Below, one piece after another: positions 55,878 to 64,000 of a stretch of DNA of 64,000 bases (the first letter of the stretch is position 1; each line of letters opens with the position of its first letter). The position numbers were made by a program, and so were the translations under genes. Under the pieces are notes generated by a model. The model worked only from the letters and a program-made list of their open reading frames with translations, had not been told where the DNA came from and made no database searches. Source of the stretch: an uncultured Gammaproteobacteria bacterium (GTDB lineage: Bacteria; Patescibacteriota; Patescibacteriia; Magasanikbacterales; GWA2-37-8); contig CAZEDL010000006.1 in assembly GCA_964510885.1 (NCBI GenBank), forward strand, positions 12,531 to 76,530, in the 5' to 3' direction.

Positions 55878-55887
55878 TATAAACCAT

Positions 55888-56214
55888 ATGACTAAAAAAA
55901 TTTTGTTGTTTCTACTTTTGGCAACACTAATTATCCCGGCCACCGCCTCAGCCGACACCTCGACCCCGCCAGCGATTGGGGAACTAAGCCAGCTGCTTGG
56001 CATTAGTAACGACGACATCAAAGCCGAGCTCGCGGCTGGCAAAACCGCCCTCCAGATTGCCGTCGAGCATGGGATGAGAAAAGAGGTTTATTTGAAGCGC
56101 GTCGGCGCTGCAAAATCAGTGGTCAAAACGGCTGCTAAAAAAGTAGTTAAAAAAGCCTCGGCAAAACCGGTAAAAAAGGTTCCGCCTAAAACCATTAAAC
56201 CAGTCAAAAAATAG
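55888..56214 (+). CDS. Small secreted protein with Lys-rich tail
   Basis: Signal peptide (ATASA); LLGIS..ELAAGKT..IA.EHG; KKV/KPVKK repeats. Confidence 0.65.
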   Translation: MTKKILLFLLLATLIIPATASADTSTPPAIGELSQLLGISNDDIKAELAAGKTALQIAVEHGMRKEVYLKRVGAAKSVVKTAAKKVVKKASAKPVKKVPPKTIKPVKK

Positions 56215-56351
56215 ATTCAATTCTAAATAAATAAAATCCCCGAATTAAGGGGATTTTTCAGTACCGTTATTGTATGCCAAGATTTTTGGCTGTGTTCTGA
56301 GGAGCTGCTATAAAAAATGGCTTAATTTAGCCAAAATATTGCCAAAACCCA

Positions 56352-56380
56352 TTGACAAAACCCTGTTTTTGTGGTATACT
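56352..56380 (+). promoter_or_regulatory. Near-consensus sigma70 promoter
   Basis: TTGACA-17-TATACT with extended TG. Confidence 0.75.
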
Positions 56381-56517
56381 TATTTGTTTAGTGCCTGAGA
56401 CGTAATATCGAGCCAGTATTTTGCTAAAAATAGCTAAGTAACGCCCTATATACTACTAATCGTACTATATACCGCGGTGCCTAGCACCATAAACTGAAAA
56501 TTGATAGGAGTTCGCTG

Positions 56518-57210
56518 ATGAACAAAAAAATTGGTCAGACCCTTGCGATCCTCGCCACCCTTCTCCTCGGCGCTTGCGGCTCCACGGAGTCGGGGCCGCT
56601 GGAGAAGGATCCTGCGCCCACCGCTCCCCAGACCGTCTACGGCGCCTGCACCTCCGACTCGCAGTGCCCCGGGGGCACGTGCCAGCAGGGCGTCTGCGTG
56701 GTCGAGAAGATCATCACGGTGCCGGCTGAGCCGGTCTGTGGCATCCGCTATAGCAAGCTGGATCTGGCCCCGGTGCCCTCGCGCAGCGAGCCCGTACAGC
56801 CGACCCTCTGCTTCCGCGCCGAGCCCTCGGTCATCTCGCCGAACTGCCAGCCGGTGGCGACCAATTTCGCATTCATCTTCCGCGTCAAGAGCGAGCGCCT
56901 CGACAAAGTCAACGTGATCCCGGGTGCGACCGTCGATGGGCAGAGCGTGGCCTTCCCGCTCCTCAACGGTGGCTCGCTCGGACCGAGCGGCTGGTACTAT
57001 GTCCGCCATGAGATCGCTGGCGTTCGCGACATCGGCAACGGCCTCACCATCTGCGCGCAGTGCACCAACTGCGCCACACCCGACGATCAGCCAAAGCTCG
57101 GTGTCTACATGGAGAGTCGGCTCGAGGGCGTGACGTGGGCCAAGACGCCGACCAGCGCGACCGAGAAGAACTACAGCCTCGACCTGCCCGTGGCGCTCGG
57201 CATCTTCTAG
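56518..57210 (+). CDS. GC-rich Cys-rich lipoprotein of unknown function
   Basis: Lipobox LLGAC; CTSDSQCPGGTCQQGVC motif; AGGAG 7 nt before ATG. Confidence 0.75.
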   Translation: MNKKIGQTLAILATLLLGACGSTESGPLEKDPAPTAPQTVYGACTSDSQCPGGTCQQGVCVVEKIITVPAEPVCGIRYSKLDLAPVPSRSEPVQPTLCFRAEPSVISPNCQPVATNFAFIFRVKSERLDKVNVIPGATVDGQSVAFPLLNGGSLGPSGWYYVRHEIAGVRDIGNGLTICAQCTNCATPDDQPKLGVYMESRLEGVTWAKTPTSATEKNYSLDLPVALGIF

Positions 57211-57323
57211 CCTCTTTTTTACCGCACAGAGCGGTGGGAAGGCCAACTCGACTCAAAACCTCGTGCCTTCCCAACTTTACTTCTAATCAACAGATTGGAG
57301 ATAAAGTTGGCACGAGGTTTTTT
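57211..57323 (+). terminator. Long 3' hairpin/terminator with alternative pairing
   Basis: AAAACCTCGTGCC/GGCACGAGGTTTT 57255-57321 with inner stems; GGGAAGGC 57236-43 is complementary to GCCTTCCC 57265-72. Confidence 0.65.
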
Positions 57324-57383
57324 GATAGCTAAAAATAAAAATATCCCGCTAAGGCGGGATATTTTTTTGTTTTTTTAAGAAGC

Positions 57384-57665
57384 TTATAATACAGCATCTT
57401 TGGCAGCTTTGGCCAAGCGGAATTTAACTACGGTCTTGGCAGCGATTTTGATCGCTTCGCCAGTGGCTGGGTTGCGGCCCATGCGAGCAGCGCGTTTTAC
57501 TTTAACCATTTTACCAAAGCCTGGAAGCACGAACATGCCGGTCTTCTTAACTTCTTTGTAAGCGGTCTCAGCCACGGTGTCGAGGAACATACCGACATCC
57601 TTTTTGCTTAAACCGGTTTTGTCAGCCAACAGTGAAAGTAAGGCCGACTTCGTCATTCCTGCCAT
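57384..57665 (-). CDS. hup: HU family DNA-binding protein
   Basis: MTKSALL, LPGFGK, RAARMGRNPATGEAIKI, VKFR. Confidence 0.93.
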   Translation of the reverse strand: MAGMTKSALLSLLADKTGLSKKDVGMFLDTVAETAYKEVKKTGMFVLPGFGKMVKVKRAARMGRNPATGEAIKIAAKTVVKFRLAKAAKDAVL

Positions 57666-57804
57666 ATAACTATATGGTTAAAAATAAATGCGAAATGGTA
57701 TTGAGAAGGGCTCAATTGTTGATATGATGCCTGTAAACACGCAGATTCGTCAAGTGCCACAAGGGTTTTGGTGTGCACTAATCGCCAAAAAGATCAAGAC
57801 CCGG

Positions 57805-58653
57805 TCATTTTTTTACAAATTCTCCGGTTTGTAATTCACGGTATGCCTCATCAATTTCTTCATCCGTATTCATCACGATCGGCCCATACCAGGCAATTGA
57901 TTCGCCAAGCGGTTTTCCTGATACTAACAAAAATCGCGCCCCCGCGCCACCCGAACGCAGCGACACCAGGTCGCCCTGGCGCTCGAATAATACAATCGAT
58001 CCCTGGCCATAATCACTATGGCCGGTGCTTAATCCCACACTACCCTGAAAAATATACAAAAAAGTGGTGTAACCCGACATGACCGGGAAATCAAGCGGCT
58101 CATTTGGCGCGAGCGTAATATCAATATACAGCGGGCTCGCCATAATATCCTGCACCGGCCCGATGGCATCTTTCACCGTGCCGGCGATCACGCGCGCTTT
58201 GGCCGCTGCCCCAATCGACACTTCGGGAATATTCTGGTTTTTCACTTCCTGATAGCGCGGCCGCATCATTTTATCTTTCTGCGGCAAATTTACCCACAAC
58301 TGAAACCCTTGAATCCCGCTCGTGCCCTCGGGCATTTCTTCGTGAATAATGCCGCTCCCCGAAGTCATCCACTGCACATCGCCGCGGCCAATCACGCCGG
58401 CATTCCCAATCGAATCCCGGTGCCGCACATCGCCGCTCAAGATATATGTCACGGTTTCTATGCCGCGATGCGGATGCATGGGGAATCCCTGCAAATAATC
58501 CATCGGATTCGGCGAGCTGAAATCATCGAATAGGAGGAACGGGTCAAAGCGGGGGACTTCGGCGTTGGCAAAGCCGCGGTGGAGGCGTACGCCCGCACCT
58601 TCTAGGGTTTGGCGGGTAGTGAGGACCGAATTGATTATTTTAGTTTGAGACAT
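57805..58653 (-). CDS. Pirin family protein
   Basis: DPFLLFD, GFPMHPHRGIETVTY, WMTSGSGIIHEE, QLWVNLP, GPIVMNT. Confidence 0.94.
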   Translation of the reverse strand: MSQTKIINSVLTTRQTLEGAGVRLHRGFANAEVPRFDPFLLFDDFSSPNPMDYLQGFPMHPHRGIETVTYILSGDVRHRDSIGNAGVIGRGDVQWMTSGSGIIHEEMPEGTSGIQGFQLWVNLPQKDKMMRPRYQEVKNQNIPEVSIGAAAKARVIAGTVKDAIGPVQDIMASPLYIDITLAPNEPLDFPVMSGYTTFLYIFQGSVGLSTGHSDYGQGSIVLFERQGDLVSLRSGGAGARFLLVSGKPLGESIAWYGPIVMNTDEEIDEAYRELQTGEFVKK

Positions 58654-58695
58654 ATCGGCAATGATGCTATATTTCTAATGCATTTATTATTCTAT

Positions 58696-59514
58696 ATGAA
58701 TTTTAGTAATTTTAAAAATGTTGTCGATCAGTTTCCCGCCACCCCCACCATGCCCGCCCTCTTCATCGGCCACGGCTCCCCAGCCAATGCCCTCGAAGAC
58801 AATGCCTACACCCGAGCCTGGATTGAAATGGGAAAGAATCTCGCAAAGCCGAGTGCCATTCTTTGCATCTCCGCCCACTGGTTCACCGATGGCACCTATG
58901 TCCACGGCCGCGAGCGCCCGCAAACGATTCACGATTACTACGGCTTTCCGCCGGAGTTATATGCTATTCGCTATAATTGTCCTGGCGCCCCCGAGCTAGC
59001 CCGTGACGTACAAAAATCCGTCACCAAAACGAGTGTACTCTGGGATGAAGACTGGGGCCTTGATCACGGCTGCTGGGTGGTGATTCGACATCTGTTTCCG
59101 AATGCCGATGTCCCCGTGTTCCAGATGAGCCTTGATGCTACAAAGCCGCCGCAATTCCATTACGACCTGGCTAAAGAGCTTGCCGCGCTGCGCCGCCGTG
59201 GGGTGCTTATAGTGGGCAGTGGCAATATCGTTCACAACCTCGGCCTGATTTCATTTGATCATATAACCACACCCTATGATTGGGCGCTCGAATTTGATGA
59301 GGTATCAAAAAAATTAATTGATGACGGAAATCACCAAGCCTTAATCGATTACAAAAAATTGGGCCATGCGGCCCAACTATCTATCCCAACTCCGGATCAT
59401 TATTGGCCACTCTTGTACACGCTCGCGCTCCAAGAGCCAGGCGAGAGCGTAAACTTTTTTGCCGAAGGCCACACGCACAAAAGCATTTCTATGCGGTCAC
59501 TGATTATTAGCTAA
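58696..59514 (+). CDS. 4,5-DOPA dioxygenase extradiol (YgiD/LigB family)
   Basis: LFIGHGSP, ISAHW, IHDYYGFP, GLDHG, GSGNIVHNL, PTPDHYWPL. Confidence 0.92.
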   Translation: MNFSNFKNVVDQFPATPTMPALFIGHGSPANALEDNAYTRAWIEMGKNLAKPSAILCISAHWFTDGTYVHGRERPQTIHDYYGFPPELYAIRYNCPGAPELARDVQKSVTKTSVLWDEDWGLDHGCWVVIRHLFPNADVPVFQMSLDATKPPQFHYDLAKELAALRRRGVLIVGSGNIVHNLGLISFDHITTPYDWALEFDEVSKKLIDDGNHQALIDYKKLGHAAQLSIPTPDHYWPLLYTLALQEPGESVNFFAEGHTHKSISMRSLIIS

Positions 59515-59520
59515 ACCTGC

Positions 59521-60891
59521 TTAGAGCAGTGAGTTTTTCCCCGCGCCCGTCACTCGTTTAATATACTCCTTCGCATGACATTTCCGCCCCGTACTCTCGC
59601 GACTCATATACCGAATACTCCCAAAAATAGCTCGTTCAAACCACGGCCGGTCATGCACCCCGCCAATTGACCAGGCGATGCCAACATACCCATTCGGATC
59701 CCGCCCATCGAGCTCGTATTTGTCATTCAGATAAATTGCAATTTTCATCGCATCCTCCGGGCTCTTGGTCCATTCCAAAATTTTCTTGGCCCAATACATA
59801 CGGAGGTATCCGTGCATTTTCCCGTGCCGCACCATTTCAGTTTGCGCCGCATTCCACAAATCATCGTGAGTTTTCGACCGTTCTAATTCCGCGTCAGTAT
59901 AGGTCACTGGTCGCTCATCTTTTTTATGCTTCTGCAATGATTCGGTAGCCCACGCCGGGAATCCCGCCGCCGTATCATACTTTTTATTATAAAAACAAAA
60001 ATTATCCGCCAGTTCACGTCGCACCACTAACTCTTCAAGAAAAGCTGTGCTTGATGGTGATGACGGGTGATGCTTCCTGACCTCCATTACAATTCGCGCG
60101 GCCGATAGCTGGCCGAAATGTAAATAGGGCGATAAATTAGACTGTCCATCAATCGCCGGGTCATTACGGCTGCTTTCGTAAGCTGATAATTTTTTGCTAA
60201 TAAAATTGCTAAGACTGTGCTCTGCTGCCCGTTCACCGGGAGTAATCCATTCCACCGGTGTTACATCCCGATTAATCTGCAGGGTTCTTTCTACCATGTC
60301 CCAATCAGTTGGCGTCGATAAAAAAGCGATTTGTTTTTTAAGCGCCGGAAATGGCTCCAAAAATTCCGGCAACTGGCTAAGTATCTTCGGCCGAAAGGTT
60401 CGTGCCGCAAATTCTTGCTTGGGCGATGCCTGCCAGCACGGCACGATGTTATGCGCATCGACTTCAAACAGGGGAATAGAAATTTTCTTTTTTACCATCT
60501 CTTTCCACTGATCATAAATCCTAAGCGGAGAAAAATCTGCCACCAGCGCCCCGGCTCGGGCGCGATCTAAAAATTCGGGAATTGCTTCTCCGGGCGACCC
60601 AAGTACAACAGAAAACGGAATCGAGAGCGACCGTAAATCACCCTCTACTTCTCGTAATCCGCGTAGCATAAAATCATACTGGCGGAGTGTCGCTTCGAGG
60701 AACGTGGGCACGAGGCAAAATACCACCTGAACAGTCGTGTTATGCTTACGGGCTAATTCCTGCGCGTAGAGCAGTGCCCAGTTATCCTGCACCCGTTGAT
60801 CCCGGCTCATCCAGTAAATAATCGGCCCTGGTCTAATGGCGTGAGTAGATAAAGTGCGAACACGTTTTGGATTAACGCTGTGTAGCCTCAT
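59521..60891 (-). CDS. Class II CPD photolyase
   Basis: YWMSRDQRVQDNWAL, VDAHNIVP, SNLSPYLHFGQ, MHGYLRMYWAKKILEW, DGRDPNGY. Confidence 0.94.
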   Translation of the reverse strand: MRLHSVNPKRVRTLSTHAIRPGPIIYWMSRDQRVQDNWALLYAQELARKHNTTVQVVFCLVPTFLEATLRQYDFMLRGLREVEGDLRSLSIPFSVVLGSPGEAIPEFLDRARAGALVADFSPLRIYDQWKEMVKKKISIPLFEVDAHNIVPCWQASPKQEFAARTFRPKILSQLPEFLEPFPALKKQIAFLSTPTDWDMVERTLQINRDVTPVEWITPGERAAEHSLSNFISKKLSAYESSRNDPAIDGQSNLSPYLHFGQLSAARIVMEVRKHHPSSPSSTAFLEELVVRRELADNFCFYNKKYDTAAGFPAWATESLQKHKKDERPVTYTDAELERSKTHDDLWNAAQTEMVRHGKMHGYLRMYWAKKILEWTKSPEDAMKIAIYLNDKYELDGRDPNGYVGIAWSIGGVHDRPWFERAIFGSIRYMSRESTGRKCHAKEYIKRVTGAGKNSLL

Positions 60892-60934
60892 AGCAAACAT
60901 GAGTGGTGTTTAAGCAACGGCCTGGCTAGAAAGC

Positions 60935-61414
60935 TCAATTTAGTCGCCAAATGCCATAGTTCAAATAGGTGGCAAAGAGGAGCCATCCTAAATACGGAAA
61001 CAACAGATACGCCGCCACCCGGGAAATCCGGTAAAAAGAGTAGATAGTTGCCAAGAGAAATAGTAGGAGCATTAAAATGACCGCAAGCCCGAGAGCTGGA
61101 TTTTGCTCGCCAAAGAACGCTATCGACCACAGCACGTTACATCCCAATTGGCAGGTAAATAGTTGTAAGGCTAAGGTGTGTTTATCATTCTTTGTCCCGC
61201 CCTGCCACACGAGGTAACTGGCTACACCCATTATAAAATAAAGTGTCGTCCACACCGGTCCAAATACCCATGGCGGGGGAGTGAGTGCTGGTTTTGCTAA
61301 ATGGGTATACCAATTAGGAATATTCGGCATCGTAAAAAGTGAGCCGATTATTCCGGCGAGTTGAGTAATCACCATTGCGCAGATAAATACTACGATTTTT
61401 TTACCTCTGTTCAT
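60935..61414 (-). CDS. tspO: TspO/MBR tryptophan-rich sensory protein
   Basis: WY..LAKP..TPPPWVFGPVWTTLY, N.LWS..FFG, PYLGWL.FA..LN. Confidence 0.93.
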   Translation of the reverse strand: MNRGKKIVVFICAMVITQLAGIIGSLFTMPNIPNWYTHLAKPALTPPPWVFGPVWTTLYFIMGVASYLVWQGGTKNDKHTLALQLFTCQLGCNVLWSIAFFGEQNPALGLAVILMLLLFLLATIYSFYRISRVAAYLLFPYLGWLLFATYLNYGIWRLN

Positions 61415-61420
61415 ACGATA

Positions 61421-61813
61421 CTATATCCGATTCAAAATAAGATAGGCGAGTGCTGATGTCGTGCCGGCGAGTACGGTGCCCCAAGCCATATCAATCAGCG
61501 ACATCGGCACTGGCCAATTTTTTAAGGTAGACAAATTAGTTAAATCATACGCCGCATAAGCAATCAGACCGAGCAGTGCGCCACGCAACAGAGCTTCGTT
61601 CCATGAGCGGTGGGCGAGCGCCGGACTAATTACAAATAATATGAGCCCCACTGCAAACAAGGGGTAAAATAATGCTGCCGGAGCGAGGGATAAATTGTCT
61701 TTCATCAAAAATCCAATCTGCTGCCGATACAGATTTTTTGCAATCAGAGCGAGCCAGATAATATCAAGCCCGAGTAGTATTGGCAGAGTTACTAAGAATT
61801 CTTTGATCAACAT
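61421..61813 (-). CDS. DUF2177 family membrane protein
   Basis: LDIIWL, YAAYDLTNLSTLKNWP..IDMAWG. Confidence 0.88.
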   Translation of the reverse strand: MLIKEFLVTLPILLGLDIIWLALIAKNLYRQQIGFLMKDNLSLAPAALFYPLFAVGLILFVISPALAHRSWNEALLRGALLGLIAYAAYDLTNLSTLKNWPVPMSLIDMAWGTVLAGTTSALAYLILNRI

Positions 61814-61892
61814 AAATTCATGAATCTTAAATAGTATACCACAGCAGTACAAAAAACACCCTTATTGATCAAGGGTGTATAGGTAAACAAGT

Positions 61893-62555
61893 CTAACTTT
61901 GCGCTTTGTAAAAGCGTTGAATCGACAACCAGTCCCAGTAATTATTATTATGCCGCAGGCCCCACCAGGCTCTAAAAATTGAAATGCCGCTACCAATAAC
62001 AGCACCCAGGCCACCAAACAGCAGATCGTACTTGGTATCGCTAGAAATATAATTCCCCAATTCACCAGACAAGTGAGTATGCAGGATCATGTCTGCCCCG
62101 AATTCAAATAGTTCCCACATCAGGGCGCTGCCAATAACAAGTCCAAATGTAGCTGCTATCGATTGGGTCCGATTCCAACCGTACCGATCACGCAGAATAA
62201 ATGGCAGTAGCAACGCTGCCAGAAGCGGTACCAAAAAATGTAAGACTTTATCATAGGGCACGCCAAATTGATACAGCCCATATAATCCAAGCCCGCCGAG
62301 TGCATCACCTGTAAACGCTATTGCCAAAAATATCTGCAGAGAATCAACAGCCCGATTTTTATGTTCTGCGCGCAGCGCACTCTGGTGCACATGGGCGAAG
62401 CGGGGGAGAGAGTATAAAATTGTGGCGCCAATCAGCATGGCAATCCCCGTGTAGCGTACATCATACACATACCATAGCCAGTGTTTCGGCAGCAGTATAA
62501 GTGCAAGCCCGGATGTCAATAAAAAAAATTGTACACTGCGGACAAATAATTTCAT
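61893..62555 (-). CDS. Polytopic membrane protein (YDK.LH / WE.FE / DT..DL motifs)
   Basis: Multiple TM segments; PYDKVLHF, LMWELFEF, DTKYDLL. Confidence 0.7.
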   Translation of the reverse strand: MKLFVRSVQFFLLTSGLALILLPKHWLWYVYDVRYTGIAMLIGATILYSLPRFAHVHQSALRAEHKNRAVDSLQIFLAIAFTGDALGGLGLYGLYQFGVPYDKVLHFLVPLLAALLLPFILRDRYGWNRTQSIAATFGLVIGSALMWELFEFGADMILHTHLSGELGNYISSDTKYDLLFGGLGAVIGSGISIFRAWWGLRHNNNYWDWLSIQRFYKAQS

Positions 62556-62665
62556 ATAATCACGCTTAAGACTGACACTCTATCTGACGAATGAACGGTG
62601 TAATTATGACAGCCGAGTATCTGTAAGTAAAAGTAAAGCCAAGATAGCTGTATTTTTATTTATTT

Positions 62666-63151
62666 CTAAATACTGTCCCACTTTACATTAGTCACTCCCG
62701 GTAACCGCAGTATGTTCACTTCTACTTGCGGACGACAACTGCACAGGGCGATCGAAATTCCTGCCCAGGCATCAATCGGTGGAATATGAATCGTGCCGTT
62801 CTCTTCGCTGAATGGCAATTGTTGCAACGCTTGTTGGCATTGCCCGCTGGTGGCGAGCACCGCCACAGTGTGCGCCTGCTCAGCCAGGGTATCACCAAGC
62901 ATCACACTGCTGGTTACCACTTCAGTCACCACTGTTTTCCTATAGCCATAACTATACATCTGTTCGCCGTTACAAAATAATAATGGATTCTGTTTTGATA
63001 CCAAGTATGTGGTTGTAGTAGGCATTATTGGGCTACTGCCCACATCTGATGGGGAATTATCTGCTGTTGGCTCGCGACTGCATCCGGCTCCAATTAGCAG
63101 TAGCGCTGCACCGACAGCCAATAAGTATAAGTAGTTTGCGTGTCTAATCAT
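62666..63151 (-). CDS. Putative lipoprotein
   Basis: LLIGAGC lipobox-like; four further Cys. Confidence 0.7.
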   Translation of the reverse strand: MIRHANYLYLLAVGAALLLIGAGCSREPTADNSPSDVGSSPIMPTTTTYLVSKQNPLLFCNGEQMYSYGYRKTVVTEVVTSSVMLGDTLAEQAHTVAVLATSGQCQQALQQLPFSEENGTIHIPPIDAWAGISIALCSCRPQVEVNILRLPGVTNVKWDSI

Positions 63152-63268
63152 ACTCGTAATACTTAAGAAGTTAATTCGTCTATAGTAACCGTAGCACTGC
63201 GTTGATTAATCAGTAGTTCGCCTGTACACTGTAACCTTTTGGCTAAAAATAAGGTATTTATACAATAT

Positions 63269-63676
63269 ATGACGTTACACTCTTTCCATTCATACCGAGC
63301 TCGTGTGGCCATTGTACCATTCGCTCTGGCCGTTATATTATTACCAGGCACAGCCGTGGCTGCCGTCTACCCAAGCGGTATGGTCGACGCCCTGCATACC
63401 TTTGGCCGGACGATCGGATTTGCCGAAACTGATCCGGGCTTAATCATCGCCCACCTTATAAAAATCGGTCTCCAATTCGTCGGTATCATTTTGGTGGTCA
63501 TGATTATTTTTAGTGGCATCGGTTTTTTGTTTTCAGGAGGTAAAGATGAAAATATGAAAAAAGCCCGCCGCTCACTCGCTGGCACCATTATCGGCCTGAT
63601 CATCATTCTCTCGGCCTATAGCATCGTGTCGTTTATTTTTACCGCCTTCAATTCGGCGGCGTCTCCAGCCATTTAA
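63269..63676 (+). CDS. CPR-type pilin-like protein (TrbC/VirB2-like)
   Basis: Signal peptide, TM-SGG...KKAR...IIGLIIILSAY-TM pattern. Confidence 0.75.
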   Translation: MTLHSFHSYRARVAIVPFALAVILLPGTAVAAVYPSGMVDALHTFGRTIGFAETDPGLIIAHLIKIGLQFVGIILVVMIIFSGIGFLFSGGKDENMKKARRSLAGTIIGLIIILSAYSIVSFIFTAFNSAASPAI

Positions 63677-63714
63677 AAAATGCCACCACAGTGTTAGCTG
63701 TAGTGGCATATTAA

Positions 63715-64000
63715 TTACATTTTTTTGATCAGCGACCCGAGCACCCACTGCTTGTCACCAATCCGATACCACCCATTCTTCTCTTCCAAAATTCGCACCA
63801 GTTCACCTTTCTTCAATTTTTTCACAATGGTATTTTTCGTCGCCGGGCCGCTACGTACATTAATGCCCGTATCACTCGAAGTCCCGCGTTTGATCGCGAT
63901 CGCGCCCATATAGAGGGGGACGCTGCGCGTTGGCTCGACAAAAAATTGTCCCGGCAAATTATACCCGCAACTGGCACTGCCGCCACCATCAGCCTGCAGT
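63715..64000 (-). CDS. C-terminal part of an SH3b-domain protein (starts beyond the window)
   Basis: INVRSGP....IVKKLKKGE.V.ILEEKNGWYRI..KQWV. Confidence 0.75.
   Translation of the reverse strand, partial: LQADGGGSASCGYNLPGQFFVEPTRSVPLYMGAIAIKRGTSSDTGINVRSGPATKNTIVKKLKKGELVRILEEKNGWYRIGDKQWVLGSLIKKM

Noticed and set aside
56381-56505. boxA or ribozyme in the lipoprotein leader
   Set aside because: Only a small GGTGC/GCACC hairpin and a poor boxA match; no catalytic core recognised
56446-57246. 266-aa antisense ORF over the lipoprotein gene
   Set aside because: The plus strand has the promoter, SD and lipobox; antisense openness is a GC artefact
4401-57368. Shared TCCCGC..GCGGGA core in several hairpins (4401, 13277, 52334, 57338)
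   Set aside because: Short and adequately explained as ordinary intrinsic terminators
62584-62625. CTGACGA as a second hammerhead core
   Set aside because: No stem II followed by GAAA and no flanking stems

Overview
This window looks like chromosomal DNA from a small-genome bacterium, most likely Patescibacteria/CPR. That placement is inferred from CPR-type pilin and pilin-C39 fusion proteins, tRNAs without encoded CCA, mostly SD-less or leaderless genes and sparse biosynthetic genes. Most of it is housekeeping (secY end, adk, map, ruvX, recO, asnS, parAB, rel, topA, folC, dprA, pth, der, recG, radA, clpC, htpX, lemA, rseP, pheST, dnaE, tsaD, HU, photolyase) plus four tRNAs. Standing out are four isolated, visibly GC-rich single-gene cassettes: an M1 aminopeptidase, a 68-aa peptide, a fatty-acid hydroxylase and a Cys-rich lipoprotein. 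Unlike the neighbouring genes I checked, all four have a Shine-Dalgarno site and a strongly structured 3' end, and three share a boxA-like motif followed immediately by a long hairpin. The peptide cassette (11.7-12.4 kb) also has a leader-peptide attenuator upstream and a type III hammerhead ribozyme motif downstream, and two promoter-to-terminator small-RNA candidates follow it. The window also holds a REP/MITE-like palindrome family and heptamer microsatellites, two of them inside coding frames. GC content and RNA structures were judged by eye, not computed.
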